Below, one piece after another: positions 1-12,400 of a stretch of DNA of 64,000 nucleotides. The notes beneath the pieces were generated by a model. It saw nothing but the letters and a program-made list of their open reading frames with translations, did no database searches and was not told the DNA's origin. This DNA comes from Monocercomonoides exilis PA203 (taxonomy: Eukaryota; Protista; Preaxostyla): contig LSRY02000001.1 in assembly GCA_001643675.2 (NCBI GenBank), positions 2,046,001 to 2,110,000 of the forward strand, read 5' to 3'. The translations under genes and the position numbers were made by a program. Within the stretch, counting starts at the first letter, position 1. Every line of letters starts with the position of its first letter.

Positions 1-723
1 GCACCATTCAAATTTATGGCTGTTAGCATCAAAGGAATCCAGTCTTCCAAGTTTCACTCTTTGGGTTTCATTTCCAATGTGTTCAACAGCAGCATTTGGT
101 AAAGATCGTGTTTGGTGGAGAAAAGAGGCATTGAAGGCAGAGAGAGAAGTGGATGGGTTGTTAAGGTTGGGGAGGATGGCACCATCAATGGGATTGTGGG
201 TGTAGAGGAAGATGGTTGAGTGGATGGAGAGGGATGAGTGAAGGGAGAAGGAGGGGATTGAATTGGCATTGGTGTTTGTGGATGAAGAGAGAGAAGAGGA
301 AGAGATGGTTGAGGTGAAAGGATTGAGTGAGTGTGAAGAAAGTGATGGAAGAGATGAATGGGATTGGAGAGAGGAGATGTTTGAGAAGAGGGTGTTTGAG
401 AGATGGAGATTGAGGTGGATTTGGAGGTGGGGATGGGATTGGTGATGGTCATGGAGAGGGGAAGGGGAAGTGGAAATCAAAGGGGAAGGTGAAGAAAAAA
501 AAGATGATGAGGATGAAGATAAGAAAGATGAAGGAGAACAGGAAAGGGATGGAGATGGAGAAGGGGAAGGGGAAGAGAGGGAAGAAAGAGAAAGAGGAAT
601 GGGAGATGGAGAAGGAGGCAGGGATTGGGGAGTGGGCATGTGAGAGGAGATTGTTTGGGGCGGAGAAGAGGGGGAAGGAGAGGAAGAAGAAAAAAGAATA
701 TCAAGTTTGTCAGCTTCAACGCT
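1..723 (-). CDS. 5' fragment of a beta-helix receptor-like family member (runs off left edge)
   Basis: Minus frame is open from 723 to 1 (absent from the ORF track because it has no stop). It reads ...LHLSNTLFSNISS...NPIDGAILPNLNNPSTSLSAFNASF...ANSHKFEWC, matching VSLSQLTFFNIST...DAYDGGVVPSLNNPFASLNASNTSF...NSFIWCEW in 38223..47432. Start codon and first exon unresolved. Confidence 0.6.
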
Positions 724-913
724 TCATTTCGTACACTTTTGCAGTTATTTGTGTTTTATAAAATGAAACTGTTCGGAGCATTTCACTTTTTCTCTCAACA
801 TTTTTATCCAAATAAAAATTGTTTCATCTGTGTTTTTTCCAAAATGAACATACAAATATTAACGAAATAAACTTTAACTCTCGGATTTTTTCTTTTTCTT
901 TTTCTTTTTTTTT

Positions 914-948
<35 letters not shown>

Positions 949-1066
949 TCTTTGAAGCTCATTTTGTTGGAATTTGGTCATATTTCCAATAAAAAACAAA
1001 AAGATTAAAATTATTGTAATAATTGGGTTATAAATACTTCAAGAAACAACACCAAATGAGCCAGTT

Positions 1067-1307
1067 GGGTGATTCTTTTTGAAAAGTCACTAATGTTTAA
1101 TTTTCAAATAAATCAAAATTTTCATATTTCAATCAATTTTTTGTTAACATAAACCAAACTGCATGAATAAGGAATCTATTTTTGGATGATGCTATTTTTA
1201 TTCATTCCAAAGAAGATTCGTGAGCAGAAACAGAAATATCAGCAAAATATGAAATTTTTGGTTTTCCTGAAAATTGAACATTTGCGACTTTTCAAAAAGA
1301 ATTACCC
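1067..1307. mobile_element. MITE, 241 bp, GGG...CCC termini, 4-bp TSD AGTT
   Basis: Imperfect ~60-bp TIRs (GGGTGATTCTTTTTGAAAAGTC... / ...GACTTTTCAAAAAGAATTACCC). AGTT at 1063-1066 and 1308-1311. Homologous copy at 7102-7341. Confidence 0.85.
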
Positions 1308-3776
1308 AGTTAGTAATTTTGAAAGATGAAATACAATTTTTCATAACTTTTTCCGGATGGATTTTAGCGTTAATTTGAATAAACGTGCTAAATTTAAAAT
1401 ATACCAACTTCATTTAAAATAAACTAACTTTATTTGAATTAAATGTGTTTATTTGAATTGAAGAAGTTTATTCAAATTTCATCTATTATTTGAATTTAAC
1501 ATTTCATTTAGCTATTCTTTTTGTATTTTTTTTATATGTATGTGTGAGTGAAATCTGTTTCAATAGAAAAGTTCATAATTCAGAATTTTCAACTGGTATC
1601 GAAGTTATTCACAGTTTAATTAAAATAACAGCAACTAAAGAAAGAAAGAATGTAAGAAAGACATATATATATATATATGGGGCGAAATTTTCTTTTTCCA
1701 AATTTTGTTCCACCCGTAATTTTAGACAAAAATTTCAACAAAAAATTAAATAATTCACTGAATATTTTTTAAACTTCAATTTTTATAAAAAAATAATAAT
1801 AATAAACATTTATTTACCTGGGAAACTGATTCTGGACCCAAGTCCTGCATGTTACTCTATCATTAAGAAATTATAAAGCAACAGGATTGAATCAGTCTAG
1901 TCCTCAACCGAATAAAATTCGGTTTCATTGGATAAGCATAAACAAATATTTATTATTTCAAAGTCAATTAAACTTTTATTTTTTATTAATTAATTAGTTT
2001 GTTAAATTAAAAAAATAAATAAAAAATAAAAAATAATTAATAAAATTGAAATCAAATTCAAAATAATTTTTCAGTTTGTTTATTTCATTAATTATTATCA
2101 ATCACTTTCAATAGTCTTAAAAAAAAATAAAAAATAAAAATATATAAAAAAAATTAAAAAAAAAAAAAAAAAAAAAAACATACCTTCATATCTATTTTTT
2201 CAAATTATTCAGTGAAAAATTTGCAAAAAAAATATTTTAATTTGAAAAAGAATTATCAATAGAATCGTAAAAAGAATAATTATCAGAAAATGAATCAGAA
2301 AATGTATTTTCAGAATTTAAATTGCACACCTGTGACATACCTGTTTTACTTGTCAAGCTGTTTGAATCTGAAGAATTATTCGAATTATTAAAAAAATTAT
2401 TATTCAAATTTAAAAAATCTTTTTTTTATGTAAATTTTTAAAATTTCATTCTATTTTCAATAACTTTCTTCACGCCTTTTCCGAATTTTCCTTTTTCAGA
2501 AATAAAAATGTCATTTTTTTTATTATCGTTTCTTTCAAAAACTTTTCCTTTTTTTTGTTTCTAATTTTTTCATAATTTTATATTATATTTAAAACATACC
2601 TGGGCTATTTTCGCAGCTGATTAATGAAACGAGAAGTTTCCCTGTATCTTTTCTAAAAAAACAAATTATTTTTCATTCCTTTTATTTTCATTTCATTCCA
2701 ATTTTTTCTTAAAATTCTATGTGACTAAATAAATAAATTATTAATTAATTAATTAATTAATTAATTAATTTATTTATTAATTAATTAAATAATTAAATAA
2801 TTAAATAATAAAATATATAAATTAATAAATAAATAAATTAATAGATAAATTGTGAAATAAAAAAATATTTCAAAATATTTTATTTATTTCAAGATTCCCC
2901 AGTAATTTTAAATAAAAGACAGTGTTTTTAAGAAAAACTAGTTTTTTTCGATTGTGACCTGAAAGTCTAACATTTATCAAAAATACATTTTTTACATGTT
3001 GAAGCCAAAAACACATCAACATTAAATATTATGTTATGTTTTTTATAAATAAAGCTTTTTTTAGATAGTTTTAACAAATTTTTGATCATTTTCCTTCAAA
3101 TGTGACAACAAATTATTTTGTAAAAATAATGAATTTTATAATAAACACAAATGTTCACTGAGCATTTGCGTCCATCTATAAGATAGGTTTCACTTATATC
3201 TGTTGAGTTTCGCTTTTTTGGTATTTTGAACTTACTGTATTTTATTGAAACAATGTAATAATCAAAAACAATTGGTTCACACAAAATCGACAAATAATAT
3301 TTAACAATATTATTTAAATACTTTTCAAATTTTGAAAATTTCGTATTGAAGAATATTCATTTATGTAAATGATCAAATCATTTTCAAGGTTTCTCGACAC
3401 ATATGGATTGAAAACAAAAATGCAATTAATACCGGTTTGAAAGCATTCATTTTTGTCTATTTTAATTATTTTTAACCTATTTTATTTTCTATTTAAAAAG
3501 CTTTTTTGCATAAAGTTTGAATAACTTTTTATCAGCACTTTCTGATTGACATCCATTGCTAAAATGCTGGAAAGAAACGACACAAATTAGGTCACGAGTA
3601 TGCAGTTGCTGTTGTGTATGATTTCTTGATATTCGGATATTTTTTATTATTTTGAATAGATTTATTTTTCTGGTTTGTTAGATTGAAATGAAGAGAAAAG
3701 AAGTAGATAACATTTGAAAAGAATTCAATAAACGATGAAATGAATAAAGAAGAATAGAAATCTATTATAGGATGAA

Positions 3777-4720
3777 ATGTTCGATGTTCATGAAATGAAA
3801 AGAAATAAGAAAAAGAAGGGAGAGCAAGTGAGTGATCCATGTCAATGCAATGTTTCTATTAGTCGCAACTCTGCGCTGGATTCACTTGAATTACGTGCTC
3901 GGTGCCATCTGTTTAATGTTTTGAACAAAATGGAAAGCAAAGAAGAAAGAAAATGGTAATTATCTTGATGGAATTGAAAAATATAAGAAATACAGTGTGA
4001 CAATTTTTCTTTCATTTTTGACATTTTCAAATATCATTCTCATTTTTTGATAAGGGATTTGAAAAAGATCAAACACAGATAACGTCAAAGAGATTTTCAA
4101 GAATAATCAGGTACATTTCAACCTCACTCATCTTGCCTATCAATTGGTTTGGGCGTTTTTTTTTAGTTGATTTTTTGAAAAAAGGAGTTTGGAAGATGTC
4201 AACGTGAATGAGTAGAGTTTTGAAAGAGAAGCAAAAAGAGAACTGGAATATCTGATGAAATGTGTGTATCGGAAGAGAGAAATAAAAAAGAGAGAAAAGC
4301 AAAAGTATTGCTTGTGTTGGAAGATTGCCCCATCAATTTTTGATTTATTTCGATGTTGTTGATTGTGAAACGAAGCATTTACTGGGCTTATTGGAGATAT
4401 TTCTCGTTTGAATCGAGCAAGGAAAGATAATTGTTGAGAAACATGTGATGAATGCATTGAAACATTAGGTATTTCATTTCATCGCTCAGATGCGCAGATT
4501 GAGGATTCGCTAAAAAGTGGAGCAATTGATGTTAATTTGGAGGAAGTATTTGAATCCAGTGAGAGAGACATCATGATTGATGGTAACTTCCTTTCAAAGA
4601 AATATGAGAAAGATTGAAAGAAAAGACGGAAAATGAATAGGAGGAAGTGAAGCTGAAAGAGATACGATGAAATCTATATGAAGAGATAGAAGAAGAACTT
4701 TTCGAAGATTTCATATATGG
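3777..4720 (+). pseudogene. Decayed copy of the expanded acidic helical protein family (paralog of 60011..61418)
   Basis: ~4085-4155 translates to VKEIFKNNQVHFNLTHLAYQLVWAF, matching IKEIVQYHQEHHNLTRLAYQSAWKL. ~4497 IEDSLKSGAIDV matches VEGLLKGRAIDV. Many stops and frameshifts. Confidence 0.6.
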
Positions 4721-6689
4721 ATTGTGTTATGTTTAGATAAGAAGAAGATGAAATTAATATTTTTTTCAAAAATCATTGAGAACATTTATTTGTTTTTTGC
4801 TTTTCAGATTTTATTGATATTTCATGCTTTTGTATTTTTCCTTTTCTCGCTTCACAATCACTTCTTCTTTCGACAAATTAAATTCTTCAAATTTTGCATG
4901 TCATAATCATCTATTCAAATTTTTGAAAACGACATGATATGAAATTTCTGAATTTAATATCAGAACTTCTAATCTGTCGTCATTTTGTTCAGAATAGAAT
5001 AAAATTTTTTTGTTAAGATACCATAACTATCTGATCAAAGATAAAAACAACAACATTTTTCTTTAATTTCAATGAGTAATTGTCTAATTATTGTTTTTTT
5101 TCTCAATATTCATTTTTTTCAAAAAAAAGAAAAAAAGAAAACAATTTTTGAGAGAAAATTATTGGAAAATCTTGAGAATTCACAAAAAACAGTATTTTTT
5201 ATTGAAGTTGCTGATTCAATTTTTACCAACAAATGATATTATTATCAAACAATCGTTATTTTAATAAATGCCTATGAATAATTTGATTTTTTAATTTCAA
5301 AATTACATTTAAAGACTCAATTTCGTCAAGACTCAAAAAATGTGTTTTTTAAAAATCTTTCCATTAAAAATGAAAAAATGCAATTCAGAACATGGTTGCA
5401 ACCATTTTTCTATCAAAAATATTTCTAAACAATGATTTTCAAAAACGTCCAGTAGATTTAAGTTTTTCTCGATCATTTCAAAATAACTGGGTTAATTTAA
5501 AATTCGTAGCTGAAACTTGAAATAACACAAACAATTTGAAATGATCAATTTATTTCACATTTTATCTAATATATAAATTAATTCAAACCTTAAAAAATAA
5601 TGCTTCGTGGCATTATTCTTTTTCACCTGATTTTGAAAAGAAGAAGAAAAAATATTAGAAGAATAATTAAAGTTACTATTAAAAGAATCAGAAATGAAAA
5701 AAGATGAATTTTCAGAATTTGTGTTAAATAAATAAGAATTACAATTATAACAAAAAAAATCAATTAAATCAAAAATATTATTCAAAACTCTATTGACAAG
5801 TTTATTATTAATAAAATTTGTTAAAAAACCAAACTCACTATCACATTCATTTTTTCCGTGATGTTCAGCAAAAAATGAAAGTGAACAATGTTTATTTTTA
5901 AACAAAAAAGAATTGGGAGAAAATTATGAATGAAAAATTTGAGAATTACGAAAATGCGGCCCATTGTCTCAAAAAAAGTTAAAAGAATTAACATAAAAAA
6001 ATATCAAATTGCAGTAGTTGTTTTAAACATTCACAGACAAAACGATAATCATGAGATAAAATTTCAGAAAAATAATTAAAACAACACTTTTTTTAAAATA
6101 CGAAAATTATCTACGTCAAAAACCACAAAACACAAATGAGAAATTTGTTTCTTATTAAATAATGATTTTCCAGTCTCATTATTAGAAATTGGTAAACACC
6201 AATTTTCTTTAAAATCCATCAAAATAATAACTTCAATTTTTTTTAATTTTCTTTCTTCTCATTTAAGAAGTTTCTTTGATGTTGGGCCATTTTTCGATAA
6301 TAAATTATTTAATTCAATTCATCATTTTCTGTTTGGCCCAATTTTCCTCCTTTTCTTTCTATTTCAATCTTTTTCTTTTCTAAAAGATTCCCTCTCTCAC
6401 AAATCTCACACAAATCTGTCCTTTTCTTTGATTTTTAAAATTTCTTGTTTTTTTGCAGAATGTTGAATAAGACATTTTTAAATTAATTTCTTTTTTCATT
6501 ACAAAAAATAAATCTTTATTTGTTTTTTCAATTAATCTTTTTTCATTTGGAGAAAAAACTCCAAAGCCTTTTCTTTTTCTTTTCATATTTTTCAAATAAC
6601 ATATATTATTTTCTAAATTTCCATCAACATGTCCACCATCACTCCCTCTATCCAACCCTCCCTCCATCACAATTTCTCCATCATTCCAC

Positions 6690-6900
6690 TCTCCTTCAAC
6701 TCCATCTTTTCCTCCATCCAACTCTTCTTCCATTTTAATTCCTTCTCCATTATTCAACTCTTCTTCCATTTCAATTCCTTCTCCATAATTCAATTCTTTT
6801 TCTATTACGACTCCAGCTCCAATCCCGCAAGCATCCATCACACCTCCAGCTCCAAGCCCACAATCATCCCTCAAACCTCCAGCTCCAAACACGTCTGCCC
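6690..6900. repeat. Imperfect 30-33 bp coding tandem repeats
   Basis: Repeated CAACTCTTCTTCCATTT...TTCCTTCTCCAT (EEELNxGEGI) and CTCCAGCTCCAA (xGAGG) units. Confidence 0.65.
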
Positions 6901-7101
6901 AGCTCGCTGCACCAAATCCATCTAAACCTGCCCCGCTCGCAGCTTTACAACTATCAGCACCACCTTCGCTAGCAGCTTCACAGCTTGTTGCATCGAACCC
7001 GTCGAAGGAAAAATTGTGAATGTTAATATTACAAAAGGTTATATTTGAATAAAAATTTTGGAAAGAAAATTCATAACTCAAAAGGCTATTGTTAAACAAA
7101 T

Positions 7102-7341
7102 GGGTAATTATTTTAGAAAAGTCGCAAATGTTAAATTTTCAAATAAATCAAAACTTTCATAATTTGTTCAAATTTTTGTTAACGTACTCCAAACTTCACT
7201 AAAATTGAATCTATTTCTGAATAATGCTATTTCACACATTCTGAAGAAGATTAGTGAGTGGAAACAGAAATTTGAGAAAAATATGAATATTAAGATTTTT
7301 TTGAAAATTAAACATTTGCGACTTTTCAAAAATAATTACCC
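7102..7341. mobile_element. MITE, 240 bp, GGG...CCC termini, 4-bp TSD AAAT
   Basis: TIRs GGGTAATTATTTTAGAAAAGTCGCAAATG / CATTTGCGACTTTTCAAAAATAATTACCC. AAAT at 7098-7101 and 7342-7345. Removing the element plus one TSD joins ORFs 7326..7634 and 6380..7099 in frame (YKKSD-LFNNS). Confidence 0.9.
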
Positions 7342-8318
7342 AAATCTGATTTTTTGTAATTATCTTCAAAATGGGTATATTTTTTATAATCATTTGTTTC
7401 TTTAAGACTATATTTATTTCTTTTTTTATTTTCATATTCATCATTATATTTATATTCTTCATTTTTCTTATTTTTTTCAATATTTTCTTTTTTATCTTTT
7501 CTATTTTTTCTTTTATTCTTTTCTTTTTTATTGTTAAAATCATTTATGATAATATTTGTTTTTATTTTGTTCAACATTCCAACGCTCCCCTCAGTGCTCA
7601 GCGACGCAGCCCCAACGCTCCCCCCAGCATTCAATGTTGCAGCCTTGGAGCTCTCATTGATAAAATTTGATGGTGTTGTGTTATGTTTTGATTTGAGTGA
7701 GTTGGAAATTTCATATTTGCTTTTTTGGATTCAATGATTTAAAAAAATATTTGTTACGCTTTTTTTGTGATTATATTATTATTAATTAATTTTTCTTTTA
7801 ATCGTTTATTTTCTTTTTTATTTTTATTATTATTTTCTTTTATTATCTTTTCATCTTTTGATATTATCACTTCATTCTTTTTTTAGTTTCTTTTTTTTTA
7901 TTGTTTGTTTTTTCTTTCAATTTTTTCATTTCTTTTTGTTTTTTTATTTTCTGTATTTTCTTTTTCAAATTCTTCTTTTTTATTTTTTTCATAACATACA
8001 GTATTGCTTAATCGCTTTTCAATATCTTCTGGCTTTTTTTCATTTGTAGCGAAATCTGAAATTTAATAAATTAATTCAACATCAGTAATTAAGAAAAATT
8101 TTAAAAACAAAAAACTTTATAAAAAAAAATTAAACAATAATCAAACTTGTTTTTTTTTCTTCTCGAGTTTTCGCAGCTGCAAGAACTATGGTTTAAAAGC
8201 CAGCGTTCAGCAGTTCGAAACTCTTTTTCATCTAAAAAAATATATCATTCAATAAAACACATTTTTTTTATTATAAACAAAATAATAATCAAAATTATTA
8301 ATGATAAAAAAATTAATA

Positions 8319-8838
8319 TTATAAATTAAAATAAAAAAAACTTCTAATTGAAAGAACATCTTTATCACTGCTTGATGAAGCTGTAGGTGCTGGGGCTTTG
8401 TTTTTCTCCCGTGAATAGTAATATTCTACGGGAGAAATGCCCCAGCCTTCTTGATTCAATTCTTGAATTGAAAACAAGGAAGAAGCACAACAAAGAAGCT
8501 GAACCCGAAGGTTCAAGGGGCTTCTTTTACACACTTCACCGATATTTGATAGAAATTTTGAAGTTTTCTCTTTTCACGAATAATAATAATAATAATCATA
8601 ACATAAAAATAAAATTTATTTGCTTAATGTTTAAATGATAATAAAAATATAAAAGCAAACCTTCAAAGCCGGTCTGGATTGCCTCTTGGAAAGGCTTTCC
8701 TTTTTTGTTGTGAAAAATAAAATAAAGGAAACACCCCACGGTATCAGACGGCGCAGTAGCCTCCAAAGCTTCAAAAACCTTATCGGCTTTGCGAGTTTTG
8801 CTTGCACGAGGCAAGTCAAAAAAGTTTCCAATCATCAA
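8319..8838 (-). CDS. Possible small spliced gene, hypothetical protein
   Basis: GC-richer exon-like blocks separated by AT-rich GT...AG segments (~8570-8660, ~8700-8740). No recognisable domain. Confidence 0.25.
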
Positions 8839-9431
8839 ACTATTGATAGGAAAAAATTATGGAAAACAAAATAATTAATGTGAATTACAAAATAAATACA
8901 ATGAAAATAAACACACTTTTGATTTGTGAATCATTTGTATTTCCTTTTTATTTTCTTCCTTTTTTTTCGATAATGTTTGAATATCATCATGTATAAGCAA
9001 TTGGACACGTAAATCAATTCACCTCAATTCTGATTAAACAACTGAGGGGTTGGACATCACGAAAGGTGGAGGCAGGTTGCGCAGAAGGCAAGGAAGAAGA
9101 TGAGAAGGAAGAAGAAGAAGAAGAAGAAGATTCTTGTGAAGTGGATCATATATCATGAGATGATAGTGCAGTGTTTATGCTGATGGTTTGAGTGTCGCGT
9201 TGCCATCAGCTTCTGTTTCCTTTCCTTTGCTCATTTCGGTTGATGAAGTCTGCTTGTTGCTAATGTTGTTGTTATAACAGTTATTATTACAGTTATTATT
9301 AATGCTTTAATATACAGATGCTGCAGATGATGACAAACAACAGAAAGCAGATAGTTTTTGGATGTTCTTATCAGTTTGGTATCCAGCTGGATGAGATGTT
9401 TTCTGAGAACTCGAAAGAAAATTGACTTCAT

Positions 9432-12400
9432 TTGGTGGATGAGATGATAAAGTGGAGGAATATGATGATTATGAAGAAGAAGAGTGCGTGGAGGAATAGG
9501 ATGAAAGAGCAGAAGATGTCGGGCGTGATGAGTGATTTGTGTGGTGGAATAGCTCAGAAGGAGAAAAGAATAGTGCTATTCGAGAGGGATATGGAGGAGG
9601 CAGAAAAGCTTGCGTCATTTGTATTAGAAGTATGGTGAAGCCTGTCAGCGGAGGGTTTCCAGAAATTCCTGCTATGAGTATCACAGACGGAATCTTCTCA
9701 GCCACATTAGCAGACGAAATAAATGAAGCGGAAGAGACACACAGTGGCACAACATTCCCAACAGACACGCCCAGTGAAGATGATCCTTGTGGATGTCAAT
9801 TGAATCGATTTGATGGGATCTGCTAGGAAATTGGAAGTGGCCAAGCAGGTGGGAAAAGAAGATAAGGCATCCAAAATGAAGTTGAGGAGTCCAGTGATGA
9901 ATGAGCATTTGCTCCTCCTGACGAATGAGAAAATCCTTGGCATTTGGACGAGGAACTCTAATGAGGCGCCGACTGAGTTTGAAAAATAATTGGTGCATTT
10001 TGTCTCGGGGTGGAGATGCAAAATCCTGAGAAGTTGGAGATATTCCATCTGAAGGTGATGTCGGGGATGAAGAGGAAGGAGTTGAAGCAGTTGAAACAAA
10101 TTAAGAAGCAAGAAGTGGAGAAGACGAGGAAAAATGTTAAAATGATTATAGAGGAGAAGGTGAAGAAGCAGAAAAAGGCAAAGAAGAATGAGAAGACGAA
10201 GACAAAGTTGAAAATGATGAAGAATGAGAAAAATAATTCGACATTTGCGCAGAAGATGATGAAGGCTGCCTGGGAATTGAAGAAGTTGGCGAATCAAACG
10301 AACGAGAGGCAGACGAAATCTATTGCATTGATCCGCTTTCTATTTGAGATAGCCTGCTTTTCTTTTCCGTCTCAAATGAAATAGTCCCTTCGCTTATCTC
10401 TCTGTCCACACCTGACTTTTTCTTCGGGGAGATCATCTGGATTTTTTCGTATTGATTCATCAGCTGCATCAGAATGCGGGCAAGAAGCGGACTCTCTGCC
10501 ATCGCTATCAGCTGTTCCTCCTATGCGAGCTTGTCGTTGCTGTCCATCACCAGTTCTATATTCTTTTTCTCTCTTTTGTGCACTTTTTGCTCTGCTCTGT
10601 GTGCTTCTCTCTCCTTTCGAGGAAACTTTCTATCTTCTGCTATCTCCTTCTTCTTCTTCTTCTTCTTCTTCTTCATTCTTCAATTCTCTTCACACTCTTT
10701 CACCTTTCAGCTCCCCTTCCACACCGCACGAGCAGCTTTTTGTCTCTCTCCTCTCCTCCTTCCTGGACATCTCCTTTGCATCCATCGTTCTCTGCAGTCC
10801 ATGTTTGCCTAGGAAAATGCAGAAGCTCCACGTTGCTGTCTTGTTCTCTTCACTCTTTGAGCTGCTGAATTCTGCACTGAACAATAATGAAATAAACATG
10901 AAGTGGCCAGGGATAATACCAGCAAGGGTGGCTAAGTCTCTTGGCGCTGTTATAAAATATCAGGCGGATGTGATTATGGATGTTCCGAGGTATCTGTTAG
11001 TTGGAGGTGATGATGATAATGATGATGATAAGTACATCAATGAATTGTCAGGAGCATCACCTTCTTCTTCCTCGACTCCTACTTCTTCCTCTTCATTTTC
11101 TTCTTCGAACAATCTCACAAAGAAGCACCAGCTGTCTCTTCTGCCTGTCTCAGTTACGCTGAGAGTCATTCTGAACAAGCTTTCTCAGCTTCATTGTGCA
11201 TCCAACCCGACAACAGAAATTAACCTGAGAAAACTGGAAAGATGGATCAAAACAGAAGTTGGCTTGAAGCTGCCTGAGAAGTCCTTTGGGCTGATGCTCA
11301 TTGATTATCTGTGGATGGGCAAGCTGGTTTCTGGATTCGATGCTGTTGCTGCTTCCACGGGTGCTTCATCACCAGGAATGGCTGGGAAAGAGATGCTGCG
11401 CAGTTTCTCTGCTTCTTCTTCTTCTTCTTCTACTTCATATTTGCCCTCAAACATTGCACGGCGCGATTCGCAGAGGAAGCTGACGTCGTCTCATTCACGT
11501 AGCAACTCAGAAGTGGAACTCATTCAGAGCCATTTTGTGGAAGACGAAGAGAGCAGAAAGGCCATTTTGAGTCTGATTGCTGCGCTATGCAGCGGGAACG
11601 AGGCAAACACCGAGCGTCTGCTGCATCTTTTGAACGAGACTCAGACGATGAACGACAAGAACGCATGCCCGTCTTTCCACTTCACACCCGCCGAGCAGAT
11701 TGCAAAATCGCACAAGAAGGAGAAGAAGGTTGAGAAAAGTTAAGAGGTTAAATACAGAGGCATTGTGAATCCAGGCACACTTCACTATATGAACTCACTG
11801 TTTGTGCAGCTGTTTATGCACACGCAGCTGCGCTCCACGCTTCTTCTGTGGGAAGGCGAGCAGTTTCAAGGAAGCGCCCTGGAGAAGCTGACAAGACCTT
11901 CACAAGCAGATGTGCTGAGTGAGTGGAAGAAGAGCAAAGAAACAAGCACACTCCAACCAGACGAGCTGGAGGCGAAGATGGCGGAGATGCGGCTGCGCAG
12001 CGTGGCAGAGGAGGAGAAAGTGCAGAACAGAGCTGTGTGGAGAGCTGTACGCAATTTCTTCTGGGAGCTGCAGAACAACCCGAACAGGAGGGAGTTCATT
12101 GATGCTGAGCAGTTTCTGGAGGTATATCTCGACCAGGACAGGAAGCAAGTTGTGAATGGTGTGCATTGTGACATCTACGAGTTCTTCATGTGTCTTATGG
12201 ACAAGCCGGAGATACATCTGGACGCGGTGGCAGCTCCAAACTTTGTCAGGCGCTTTCTGAAGGGTAACGCGATGAACCTGCATGTCTGACGATACGGGCA
12301 CGAGAGGTGGCTTTCGGATGGCTTCAATGTGCTCGAGGTGGAAGTGAAAGGGAAGAAAAGTCTGGTGGAATCGTTGACGTCGATGGTGGTTGGGTCGAAG

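Larger units (their letters stand above)
5555..7737 (-). pseudogene. Sola-like (Sola2-type) DDD transposase remnant, interrupted by a MITE
   Basis: Minus-strand motifs in order: RTDLCEICE (~6397-6420), IILMDFKENW (~6200-6228), DNGPHFRNS (~5945-5968), FFAEHHGKNECDSEFG (~5828-5875). This resembles the Sola transposase D-D-D pattern. Stops and frameshifts present; low-complexity N-terminal part in ORFs 6380..7099 and 7326..7634. Confidence 0.65.

Noticed and set aside
3096-3293. SWIM zinc finger / Mutator transposase as a stand-alone feature
   Set aside because: Only a degenerate C...CCH pattern; no DDE core could be reconstructed.
7102-7341. MITE acting as a self-removing intron (introner)
   Set aside because: There is a GTAATT donor-like start but no AG acceptor at the far end or in the TSD.
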